A stretch of DNA of 30,155 bases from Methanotrichaceae archaeon (GTDB lineage: Archaea > Halobacteriota > Methanosarcinia > Methanotrichales > Methanotrichaceae): contig CAWDLW010000022.1 in NCBI GenBank assembly GCA_963803145.1, forward strand, positions 1 through 30,155. The letters run 5' to 3'. The notes under the pieces are model-generated. The model was not told the DNA's origin, did no database searches, and was given only the letters and a program-made list of their open reading frames with translations. This document shows positions 8,965 to 18,497 of the stretch, one piece after another; position 1 is the first letter of the stretch; every line of letters starts with the position of its first letter. Position numbers and translations under genes: made by a program.

Positions 8965-9837
8965 ATGTCTAGCAAAATTGGATTATCCATTTTGATCTTA
9001 GCTGTAATACTTTCAGCTACAGTTATCCTGGCGACTAGTCAGTCTACAACGAATAAATCCTTAGCCAACCAAACAGCTTCTAATCAATCAATGACTTCTA
9101 TAGGTGTGTCGACAAAGGCAGGCATAGGCCAGTATCTCGTAGATGGACGAGGCATGTCCCTCTACTATTTTGCAAATGATACTCCTGGATCGAGCACCTG
9201 TTTCACCACACCTTATAATGAAGGCGGCATCCTTCTTCAAACGGTTCCAAATGCGACCACATGTGCTACAGTCTGGCCAGCATTCGATGCCTCTGGAATC
9301 TCAGCGTCCTCTGGGCTAAATAAATCAGACATCACTACTATCAAAAGGGATAGCACTCATATGCAAACTGCACTTAGGGGCTGGCCACTTTATCTCTACC
9401 TGGGAGACAATGCACCAGGAGATACCGACGGCAATGGGGCATTAAAGGGTGAATGGGTGTTAGCCAGGCCTTTCGGCACGGTAAATGTAGCTAATAATCT
9501 CAAAGTTGGAGCTTACCTCACAGATGCCCGGGGAATGACGTTATACTATTACAAGAATGATCAAGGACACATCAAGAACACCTGCACCGACGATTGCGCC
9601 AATAAATGGCCTGCCTTCTATGCTGGGCCTGAGGATATAGCAAGCTCTAAATTGAGCCGCAGCGATTTCAATCACATAATCAAGGATGATAACTACCAGC
9701 AAACAACCTTCAGGGGGTGGCCATTGTACTATTACAGTGGCGATAAGAAGCCTGGAGATATTAATGGCCAGGGGATAGGAGGTGTCTGGTCAGTTGTCAG
9801 TTTGGGTGTCCAGCCAAATATTTTATCCAATCCTTAG
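8965..9837 (+). CDS. Secreted Y-x4-D repeat protein (Lipoprotein_15/COG4315-like), duplicated unit
   Basis: Signal peptide and two units of LxDxRGMxLYY...D...C...C...WP...Q...GWPLYxYxGDxxPGDxxGxG...W. Confidence 0.85.
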   Translation: MSSKIGLSILILAVILSATVILATSQSTTNKSLANQTASNQSMTSIGVSTKAGIGQYLVDGRGMSLYYFANDTPGSSTCFTTPYNEGGILLQTVPNATTCATVWPAFDASGISASSGLNKSDITTIKRDSTHMQTALRGWPLYLYLGDNAPGDTDGNGALKGEWVLARPFGTVNVANNLKVGAYLTDARGMTLYYYKNDQGHIKNTCTDDCANKWPAFYAGPEDIASSKLSRSDFNHIIKDDNYQQTTFRGWPLYYYSGDKKPGDINGQGIGGVWSVVSLGVQPNILSNP

Positions 9838-10371
9838 CTTTTTAAATTTTTCTAAATTTTGTGATTCTTTGAATTATTGCTTGTTCTTAGAGTTTGCAGA
9901 AGGCCATTGAATATCAGTCCCGAAAGGAAATACGAAGGGATATAATAGAGGAGGCTATTGTCACCTATCCCTTCGTTTTGCCATCGATAGCTAAAGGAGG
10001 GTGGGGAGAGCCTTGCAAGCAAATGTATAGCTGTTCTCCCCGGAAAATGGCAATAGAGATATTACATGCTTAAACTATTTAAATTTTTTATATGCATGCT
10101 GGCTATTAACTGGTCAGCAATAGATAGAACAGAGCAAAACTATGATTCAGCTGAGCCTACACATCTTCTACTAGAGATAATCGGCGATATATTAGCGATT
10201 ATAGTGGTTTTCCTAACTTATCGCCCAAATATATAGATCAAAAAATTGTTCTCTGTATGAGAGCTTAGAGCAGTCTCATATATTCATTAAGTGGGCTATT
10301 AAGGTAGCTAGACGCCTAATAATTACAGAGGGCTCTGATAGCTCTATACAATTTTTCCTAAACAGGTGCTT

Positions 10372-10710
10372 TCATTCTAACCCTCGGAATCCCGGCTCAT
10401 TAATCTTATTGAAGTTCTTTATAATAGTCGAGGCATCCTCCTTACTTATTTGCATCTGCATCATCTTGGAGACAACGCAGCGCAGCATTTTCTTCTCATC
10501 CTTGACCGCCTGGCCATCCTCCGATTTATCATCAAGGCCGAAGTTCTTAAAGAGATACTCCGTATTTTTTTCATCCCAGCTGGTATGGGCTACCAAGCCC
10601 CACTTCTGAAACATGGCTGCTGCATGATCAAGCAGATGCTGATCAAAGCGCTCTGGAATCTGGCATCCCTGTAACTGCTTCATGAACTCATCTTTCTTCA
10701 AAATTTTCAC
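10372..10710 (-). CDS. Hypothetical protein (112 aa)
   Basis: Open frame with a GTG start and soluble, charged composition. No family recognised. Confidence 0.6.
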   Translation of the reverse strand: MKILKKDEFMKQLQGCQIPERFDQHLLDHAAAMFQKWGLVAHTSWDEKNTEYLFKNFGLDDKSEDGQAVKDEKKMLRCVVSKMMQMQISKEDASTIIKNFNKINEPGFRGLE

Positions 10711-11169
10711 CTATTCTATTAATTTATTCGATAGGATTTAGCTTTTTCTAAGTGCCTTCAATTCATGCCAGGGTCAAGCGACCGTGCTGGAAGCTGTCGG
10801 TAATAGATCCAAACAAGTATTAGTAGTTCTTCAGAACTCGGCTCTTTTATTTTATCGTAATACCTCGTTGCAGAGCAGCGGGAAAATGTACATATAATCC
10901 AATTTAGGGTTTGATTCTGTTAGCTTGTCAGCGTTTTAACGCGATGGCGCCCTGCATACATACCAGCTCTGCTGAGTTGGTGCGACGCAGCTTGATTCAT
11001 GAGATCGCGCATGCCTTGGGGAGATCAATGTTCTGAATCAGATATACTTTTTTATAGATAGGCAGGCCGCCAAAACGACGGCGGCGCACCCCGAAGCAGA
11101 GCTGTTGGGGATGTCATGTCTTGCACCCTGTTTTCTGGATTTGGATTTATGACGATGGAAATACTTAAT

Positions 11170-12256
11170 TATAGTCATTCTCCCAACTTTTTACCTTATA
11201 AACTGCTTTATCCAAGACTTAGAGTATCCATCTTTATTGGAATAAAATATTTGTAAAGCGCAATCTTGGGCATCCTCAATAGCTTCATCAAAATCAGTAT
11301 ATTTTGATATCTCTCTTTTAAAATCCTTCCAACCGAACTCTATAGGATTTAAATCAGGGGAATATGGCACGTTATATATTAAATGGATATCAAGTTCGTG
11401 GGCTAATGCCCTAAACTTCTTAGCTAGATGTATTCTAGCATTATCTAGGACAATACATATTGGTCTCATAATATTGTTACTTCTCAATTTTTGGGCGAAG
11501 ATCATTAAATCTTCTTTCTTGGATGAGTGAGAGACCATAACTTCATCATTTCCATTCAATGCAATGAACCCAAAAACAGTTCTAGACCTAACTTTTCCAG
11601 GTTGATAATTTAGCATATGGGTGTTTAAAACCCTGCGTGTATTAGGTCGCTGTTGCAAAGAGCTTTCATCAAGGAATCCAATAATAGGTTCTTTGACTGT
11701 TGTTATTACTGAATCTATCCTTTTTTTAGAAAACTTTCTGCATTAACAGGCCTCTTATTATTTCTAATATATGGTTTACCATATTTGACTTTCTTTATTG
11801 ATCTTAAAATCTTCCAACCACCTTTATACGAATATTCTACGCCTCTTGTGTCTTTTGCATATTTTATTACCTCTTTTATAGTCATTCCTTTGTCCTCAAT
11901 CTCTTCGATAATTTTATCCCATTCATCAAAAGATATCATTGGTTCTTTGCCGTTTCTATTCTGTGGTATCAATCCATCATATCCTTGTTTGTTCCAATCG
12001 CTTAGCCAATTCTTTATTGTCTTTTCACTTCGTTTAAGAATATCAGCTACTATATATACATTCTTTCCTTCGTATAAATGTATTATCGCTAGTAGCCGTT
12101 CTTTAATTCTTATGTTTCTCTCATCTTTATACAATTGATCTAATTCTACCTTCGAGATATGTCTTACAATTACAGGTTTCCTGCCCATGAACGGCTATAT
12201 CGTATATTAATTATTTAAGGGTATCTATGAGGTAAAAATTACGTGGATTAACTATA
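11170..12256 (-). mobile_element. IS630-family element, copy 1 (1083 bp plus flanking TA duplication)
   Basis: Imperfect ~31-bp terminal IRs: TATAGTCATTCTCCCAACTTTTTACCTTATA versus the reverse complement TATAGTTAATCCACGTAATTTTTACCTCATA. TA at both ends. HTH orfA plus DDE orfB. Confidence 0.92.
11191..12188 (-). CDS. IS630 transposase in two frames (orfA 12188-11715; orfB reached by a -1 shift at A7G, 11720-11727)
   Basis: orfA is HTH-like (KERLLAIIHLYEG). orfB carries the FLDES, VLDNARIH and YSPDLNPIE DDE motifs. Junction is CTA AAA AAA GGA TAG. Confidence 0.9.
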
Positions 12257-12291
12257 CTTTCGATACTAATTACTTCAAAGGTGAATTTACA

Positions 12292-12780
12292 ATGTCAGCC
12301 TATATTAAATTAATAATAGCCTTGTTATCTTTGCTGACGATGACAGCCTTTGCGCAATATGCATACCCCATGCAAGGAGCTACCCCAACTCCAATGTCGA
12401 CATCGCAGACATACACTATAATGACAGCCAATAACTCATCGGTGGGTACTTATCTAACAGATAGTCGTGGCATGACACTATACCATCTTACGACCGATGA
12501 GGGGAAGAATATGAGCACCTGCACTAGCGCCGGCTGCAAAGGGTCTTGGCCGCTATTCTACAATGCGAGCCTAAAGGTTCCTCCAAACCTGAATTCCAGA
12601 GACTTCGGAAACATAACAACCAATGGGAACAAACAGACTACCTATAAAGGATGGCCTCTGTATTATTTCACAGGGGATAAAAAGAATGGAGATATCAATG
12701 GCCAGGGCAAAGGAGGAGTTTGGTCCGTAGTAGATCCTAATAGCCCCAACACATTCCCAACAAGCTTCTCATACAAATAA
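12292..12780 (+). CDS. Secreted Y-x4-D repeat protein (Lipoprotein_15/COG4315-like), single unit
   Basis: GGTGA RBS, signal peptide, LTDSRGMTLY, CTSAGCKGSWP and GWPLYYFTGDKKNGDINGQG. Paralog of 8965. Confidence 0.87.
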   Translation: MSAYIKLIIALLSLLTMTAFAQYAYPMQGATPTPMSTSQTYTIMTANNSSVGTYLTDSRGMTLYHLTTDEGKNMSTCTSAGCKGSWPLFYNASLKVPPNLNSRDFGNITTNGNKQTTYKGWPLYYFTGDKKNGDINGQGKGGVWSVVDPNSPNTFPTSFSYK

Positions 12781-12792
12781 TAGGCGAAACGA

Positions 12793-13074
12793 ATGACAAA
12801 TGAAAACAGGCATCTTATTCTCTCTTTTTTCGGTAGCGAGATAGCAGCAGATAATGCAGTCGAGTCTTTGAAAAATTGGGATAAAGTGAACAAAGATATT
12901 AGGCTTGGTGCAATCGGTGTGCTCGTCAAAGATAAGGATGGCAAGATCAAGACACATAAGCTGGGAGGCAAGGCCGAGACTCATGAAGTCACCACTGAGG
13001 CACTGCAGAATGCGACGCAAGCTGCAGCTACTGCACAAAGTAGCGCCATTGCTACAGTCGAGAAAACCCAATAA
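12793..13074 (+). pseudogene. Short DUF1269-like protein, apparently missing its central Gly-rich membrane segment
   Basis: N-terminal LILSFF..AADNAVESLKNWDK..LGAIGVLVKDKDGKIKTHKLG joins directly to a C-terminal-like GKAETHEV. Family assignment is from recall. Confidence 0.45.
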
Positions 13075-13167
13075 GATTAAGGATCTTTTATTCAAAAATC
13101 GGTGTGGTTCGGTCACTTGCAGCCATCCTTTTCGGCCAAGAGCATTATTTGTGTAAGCCAAATGAGA

Positions 13168-13422
13168 TCAAGTACTCTTGGGCGACCCCTTCAGATCTTC
13201 CTTCATCTGCATGTACTGCTCTCTGGTTATCTCACCCTTTGCGTATCTCTCAGCTATAATATCCTCTGCACTTTTGCTGATTGGTTTACTGGGTGCAAGA
13301 ATCTTCTCGTTTTTAATAAGCCTGTAGATGAGATATGCTATCACTATTATAACTATTAACCAGAGTAAACCCATCCCGAATCCCATATAGGGATTCCAAC
13401 CCATCATAGGATAATATGGCAT
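13168..13422 (-). CDS. SHOCT-domain small membrane protein (COG3462-like)
   Basis: MMGW..MGFGMG, a TM helix, and AEDIIAERYAKGEITREQYMQMKEDL. GAGG RBS. Confidence 0.88.
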   Translation of the reverse strand: MPYYPMMGWNPYMGFGMGLLWLIVIIVIAYLIYRLIKNEKILAPSKPISKSAEDIIAERYAKGEITREQYMQMKEDLKGSPKST

Positions 13423-13657
13423 TTTGCCTACCTCTCAACCCAGAACGTTTTAAATTAATATTAGAGCTCTGATCGATATAAAGACATGGTACGAGATAGG
13501 ATAATTGGAGTTTATTGTACTGATATTGGTATACAGCACAGGGTGAGAGCTATGGGGTGCAGATTGTGCGTTCATCGGGGATTTCTTTCATAGTGTATTT
13601 CGAGATAGATAGCATATACAATGCAGATGTATTTTTAGGTCATGAGTACATGACAGA

Positions 13658-13810
13658 ATGTCCATGGAGTTTGAAGCGTGCCTGACATGTCATCGGCTGA
13701 TCACAAGGTTTAGCGATGAACGAATTCTTTGTGATCTGCATGGCCTCATTCGTCCACCTTTATTCTGTGAGGATTTCGGCACACGTGAGGAGGTCAAGAT
13801 GCATCTCTAA
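13658..13810 (+). CDS. Putative 50-aa Cys/His metal-binding micro-protein
   Basis: Below the ORF-track cutoff. Hand translation: MSMEFEACLTCHRLITRFSDERILCDLHGLIRPPLFCEDFGTREEVKMHL, giving CxxCH-x12-CxxH-x8-C. Confidence 0.5.
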   Translation: MSMEFEACLTCHRLITRFSDERILCDLHGLIRPPLFCEDFGTREEVKMHL

Positions 13811-14011
13811 CATCTGCCTTTACAAAGCAGAACAGCTTGATTTATTTAGAACATCTATAGAGTGATAGATGGTCAAACCTATTTTAATTTAGAGATCGCT
13901 GCCCAATAAAAAGATGCACAGAGCGGCCATTGTAAGCCGCTCCTGCCATCATTCCTACAACAACTCTTCTTACATCCTTGGCATGCTTGCTGCTGTCAAG
14001 GATATTATGTT

Positions 14012-15631
14012 CTACATCGTAGTTTGCGTCTTATTCCCTGGAAGCCCAAAGGCAACGATGTAGCCACCTGCGTTAGTAGTCTGACCGCCGCCTGTAGGCA
14101 CGAGCAGCATGCCGTTTCCAATCGATGGTCCGCCTATTCCAACCTGTGCACCAACGTTGAACTCCCACAGTTCCTTGCCGGTATCAGCATCCAGTGCCAT
14201 TAGGATTCCTGAGGATATCTGCGGTGTTTCCGTTGGGCCGCCGAAGTCGGCGCTGTAATTATAAGGTACGCCCATGGAGGTGACGTGGCCTGCGAAGACT
14301 AGCCCGTTGGTCACCAGAGGCGAGCACCATGTTGGATACTCGGTCTTGTACTGCCACTTGATATTGCCTGTCTTGACATCGAGGGCGACGATAGATCCGT
14401 TCCCTATGCCGTTGGTCATGGTCTTGAAGTCAGGGATAACCGTCATTCCGGGTATGTTGAAGAAGATCATTCCCTGATTGCTAACAGCTGCGTATACTGT
14501 GCTGTTATCAAAGGCTGTGAAGTCTTCTATGCCATCGCCAGATCCAGGCCAGGTCGCATTGCCGGTTTTTGAGGGTGTGGAATTTTCATTATACAACACA
14601 GCCAAATTTCTCCACCACATTGGCTTTCCCGTAGCCGCATCGAGGGCAGCTATATCTCCTCTCTTGTCATGGCCTATGACCAACTTCTCCTGAGTCCCGT
14701 TCATATTCACTGTGATCAAGTTGGTTCCCCAGGCCACGTCCCAATCGTGTGTATCAGGATATTTTGCATTGAAGATAGAGCCCTTGGCTACAAAGGGTGT
14801 AGCCCAGAGAACCTTTCCATCGGTTATGTTAACAGCTATGACGTTGCTGGAGTAATTGTTATACCCAGGCCTTGTAGATGCATCGAAGTCTGGCGCAGCA
14901 TTTCCTACAGGTATATAGACTATGCCTTTATCTGTATCAATGGCTCCGCCTGTCCAGGCATCCGCTCCGCCATTCGTGCTGTTATTCAGAGCTCCGGTAA
15001 CCCAGGGGCCGACTGCAAGTGGGATCTGCCAAAGCATCTTTCCTGTCTTCTTATCAAGACCCGTCAAAGAGCCCCTCTCAGGGAAACCGAAGGGCGGCAG
15101 ATCTCCGAGAGCTGATCCAGCTACAACATAGTTCTTCCAGATGAGCGGAGGGGCAGAAATCCTGAAGGCTCCGCCTAATGGTCGCAGCGGCTGGGATTCC
15201 CAGATCTTCTTACCAGTATTCGCATCAAGGGCGACGATAGTCCCAGCGCCGCCTGTGGGCGCATATATGATGCCGTTCTCATAAGTAATGCCATGCGAGG
15301 TTGTTGATCTGGGGAGTTTCACTATAGCCGGAACATTTGGAGTAAACTTCCACTTCGTTAATCCAGTATTCAGGTCAAACGCAATAACCTGCATTAAGGC
15401 ATTGGCCTGAGTATAGCCTGTGTTTCCAACGATCAGCGGAGGGTTCTCAATTGTATTATTGGTGTTGAGTATCCACTTAACTTGCAGCTGATTTACATTA
15501 TTTTTGCCTATTATCGTCTGAGGGCTGTGCCTGGACATGGCGCTATCATAGTTCGTCATTGGCCAGTCCTGGGCAGATACTACTGCTATAGCCAGCAGTG
15601 AGATCAAGGCCAGCAATAATAATTTTTTCAT
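14012..15631 (-). CDS. Second secreted PQQ-binding beta-propeller dehydrogenase-like protein
   Basis: GGAG RBS, signal peptide, DWPMTNYD..SRHSP, ALDxxTGKxxW repeats, GSALGD, GGADAW, YIPVGNAAP, RPGYNNYSS and DTHDWD. Confidence 0.87.
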   Translation of the reverse strand: MKKLLLLALISLLAIAVVSAQDWPMTNYDSAMSRHSPQTIIGKNNVNQLQVKWILNTNNTIENPPLIVGNTGYTQANALMQVIAFDLNTGLTKWKFTPNVPAIVKLPRSTTSHGITYENGIIYAPTGGAGTIVALDANTGKKIWESQPLRPLGGAFRISAPPLIWKNYVVAGSALGDLPPFGFPERGSLTGLDKKTGKMLWQIPLAVGPWVTGALNNSTNGGADAWTGGAIDTDKGIVYIPVGNAAPDFDASTRPGYNNYSSNVIAVNITDGKVLWATPFVAKGSIFNAKYPDTHDWDVAWGTNLITVNMNGTQEKLVIGHDKRGDIAALDAATGKPMWWRNLAVLYNENSTPSKTGNATWPGSGDGIEDFTAFDNSTVYAAVSNQGMIFFNIPGMTVIPDFKTMTNGIGNGSIVALDVKTGNIKWQYKTEYPTWCSPLVTNGLVFAGHVTSMGVPYNYSADFGGPTETPQISSGILMALDADTGKELWEFNVGAQVGIGGPSIGNGMLLVPTGGGQTTNAGGYIVAFGLPGNKTQTTM

Positions 15632-16151
15632 TCATTCTCCTTCTACGCTTTTGAAATGCCATATCAGAAATTATAGGCTGGAGCCACGAATAATCAGCCT
15701 TGCAGTAATGTTTAGTAGACGAAACATGGCATCTTAATCTTAATATCCCATTTACATTCTGGATATAGCATTCTGTAATTAGTTATAATGTGTGAATGTA
15801 TAAACTTATGCCAAATATATTCGCCCTTACCTAGTTATCCATATCAAGGGCGATATTTACTTGATTACTGATCTCAGAACTTTGTTTTATAGATAGCTAA
15901 GCTAAGTTTAAATAAAATGTAGCCAAGACCTTTTGACCAAAAGTAGCTTTAGCACTTTAAAATAGATAGTAGAGTCTAGATCGATATAAAGATGTGATAC
16001 TAGCAGGGTCATCGGAGATCGATATGTTCTGACAATGCAATTATAGCTATAGAACGGAGATCAATGATAGGGACTCATGGCAGCGCGATATAATATCCAT
16101 AGGCAATAGGCTTAAGCCATATTTTACAGTCTAAAAGATTCAGAATTTATT

Positions 16152-17238
16152 TATAGTTAATCTCCTAGCTTTTTGCACTAAGAAATCGCTCCACCCAGGA
16201 CTTTGAATATCCATCCTTTTTGGAATAAAATATTTCTAAAGCGCAATCTTGGCTAGCTATAATAGCTTCATCGAAATCAGTGTATTTGGCGATCTCTCTT
16301 TTGAAATCCTTCCAACCGAATTCTATAGGATTCAAATCTGGTGAATAGGGGATATTATAAATTAAGTGAATATCGATTTCCTCAGCTAGTTTTCTAAATT
16401 TCTTGGCCAAATGAATTCTAGCATTATCTAAAAGTATACAAATTGGCCTCATAATATTATTATTTCTTATATTTTGAGCAAATGCCATCAACGCTTCCTT
16501 CTTAGAGGAGTTGGAAACCATAACCTCATCATTGCCATTTAATGCTATAAATCCAAAAATAGTTCTTGATCTAACCTTTCCAGGTTTATAATTTATTAAA
16601 TGAGTGTTTAAGACTCTACGTGTATTAGGGCGCTGTTGTAAAGAGCTTTCATCAAGAAATCCTATAACAGGATCAGTAACAGTGGTCAGCACTGATTTTA
16701 TCCTTTTTTAAAAAACTTTCTGCATCTGCAGGCCTCTTTTCATTTCTGATGTATGGTTTCCCATACTTAACTTTTTTCACTACTCTTAAAATTCGCCAGC
16801 CATATTTATATGAAAAATCTATACCTCTTGTATCCCTTACATATTTTAATACGTCTTTTATCGTCATTCCTTTGTCTTCAATTTCTTTAATAACTCTATC
16901 CCATTCATCAAGAGACATCTTTGGCTTTTTGCCATTTCTATTCTTTGGTGTCAATCCATTATAGCCTTGATTATTCCATCTGCTTAACCAATATTTTATT
17001 GTCCTCTCGCCCCTTTTTAAAATATCAGCTACCTCATATACGTTTTTCCCTTCATATAAATGTATTATTGCCAATAACCGTTCCTTAATCCTTAGATCAG
17101 TCTCTTTTTTATATAATTTATCAAGGTCTATCTTTGATATATGCCTAATTATTATAGGTTTTCTACCCATGCCTATGTATTTTCACGCATTAATTATTAA
17201 ATGTATCTATAGGGCAATAAGCTCAATGATTAACTATA
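16152..17238 (-). mobile_element. IS630-family element, copy 2 (1083 bp plus flanking TA duplication), diverged from copy 1
   Basis: IRs TATAGTTAATCTCCTAGCTTTTTGCACTA versus the reverse complement TATAGTTAATCATTGAGCTTATTGCCCTA. TA at both ends. ORFs are paralogous to copy 1. Confidence 0.92.
16165..17170 (-). CDS. IS630 transposase in two frames (orfA 17170-16673; orfB in the +1 frame, junction T6A6 at 16704-16715)
   Basis: Same HTH and DDE motifs (FLDES, LLDNARIH, YSPDLNPIE). Junction is AGT TTT TTA AAA AAG GAT. Confidence 0.85.
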
Positions 17239-17292
17239 TATGTTCAAATCTAATAATTGACATTGAATAATCTTTCCGATAGAGGATGCAAT

Positions 17293-18390
17293 ATGAAAAC
17301 GTATCATTTACATCAGGCCCTATTGGTTCTAATTTTATTAGCCTGTCTATCAGGAGCCTATGGGCAATATAATACGCCAACAAGCGGCTATTCAACTGTC
17401 ACTCCTGTTTCAGGAACGGCCCAAAATAATGCATCGCAGTATTCACAGTACTATCAAATGCTCAATGGCCCGGTTCCGAGCAACCATATTAGCGCACCTC
17501 AACAATTTGACATAACTGGCAACATGCCTTCCACAGTCTTTTTCGGCAATCAGGCACAACCCGTAAATTACGCTCAGTATGCATCAAGTCCTTCGTACAC
17601 AGGAAGCAGTTCTCTTTGGGTACAAGGTTCAACTAGCTGGGCACAATATGCTGTCGTTCCCCAGGGAGCAACGGTAAATCTATTGGCTATCACTCCCACG
17701 CCAGGCAGCGGCTACTTTTACTTCACAGATTCCAATGGCCAGATGTACACTTATAACTACTACTTCTATCCCTACAGCCGCATGACTCTCTATGCAGATA
17801 ACCCTGGGCGGCATGTATTATCCTTCGCAGTTAATGGCATGATGAGTAACCAAGTGACAATAGATGTGACAGGCGTTTACACGCCGCCAACCAACTACTT
17901 ACCGCCAGCCTACTATCCGACATACTATCCGAATTACTACTCCCCAGGTTACTACTATCCAGCCTACTACTATCCTGGTTACTTCTATCCCGGATACGGT
18001 GGAGGAATTGTCATGCCCGTTGGAAGTGCTACAACACCAACCAGCGGAGCTACTGGTACAACTGGCGGAACAACAACAGGTACGACTGGTGGAACAACCG
18101 GCGAATCAACTCAAGGAGCTACTACAGGTACAACTAGCGGAGCAACTCAAGGGGTAAACCAAGTGGCAAATCAGGCGGCAAATCAAATATCAAAGCAAGG
18201 GGCAACTCAAGGTGAGGCTCAAGAGATAAATCAAGCGGTAAATCAAGTGGCGAGTCAAATATCAAAACAAGGAGCAACAGGCAATGTAGCCGGTATAGGA
18301 ACTAATACAACAATTGGAGCTGATCCAACTGGCGGGATTGCCGGTCAAAATTTAAGCAAGGAAAATGCTAGTGAATCCAAGACGAAGTAA
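17293..18390 (+). CDS. Secreted/surface protein with Tyr-Pro, Thr-Gly and Gln-Ala low-complexity tail
   Basis: GAGG RBS and signal peptide. The core LWVQGSTSWAQYAVVPQGA...YADNPGRHVLSF..NG..SNQVTIDV resembles a family I recall from Methanothrix. Confidence 0.75.
   Translation: MKTYHLHQALLVLILLACLSGAYGQYNTPTSGYSTVTPVSGTAQNNASQYSQYYQMLNGPVPSNHISAPQQFDITGNMPSTVFFGNQAQPVNYAQYASSPSYTGSSSLWVQGSTSWAQYAVVPQGATVNLLAITPTPGSGYFYFTDSNGQMYTYNYYFYPYSRMTLYADNPGRHVLSFAVNGMMSNQVTIDVTGVYTPPTNYLPPAYYPTYYPNYYSPGYYYPAYYYPGYFYPGYGGGIVMPVGSATTPTSGATGTTGGTTTGTTGGTTGESTQGATTGTTSGATQGVNQVANQAANQISKQGATQGEAQEINQAVNQVASQISKQGATGNVAGIGTNTTIGADPTGGIAGQNLSKENASESKTK
17893..18280 (+). repeat. Intragenic repeats: (YYP)n, (GTT/GAT)n and two NQ..NQ....QISKQGAT units
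   Basis: TACTATCC-type repeats at 17911-17991. CAAATATCAAA(G/A)CAAGG(G/A)GCAAC occurs twice. Confidence 0.75.
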
Positions 18391-18497
18391 AGTAAGAAAT
18401 AGATAGAGAGAAACTAGGGAAAAAGGCCAAAGCCTTGCAAGGGTCATAATGCTTGGCCGAAGATGTGAGTCATTGGCATCAAACGCTACGCAAATAC

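Noticed and set aside
13679-13693. CxxCH as a c-type cytochrome
   Set aside because: No signal peptide, only 50 aa, and extra Cys/His point to a Zn or Fe-type site. No maturation genes are seen.
11170-17238. Composite transposon formed by the two IS630 copies
   Set aside because: The copies are clearly diverged, with different IRs. Each has its own TA duplication and a plausible independent empty site.
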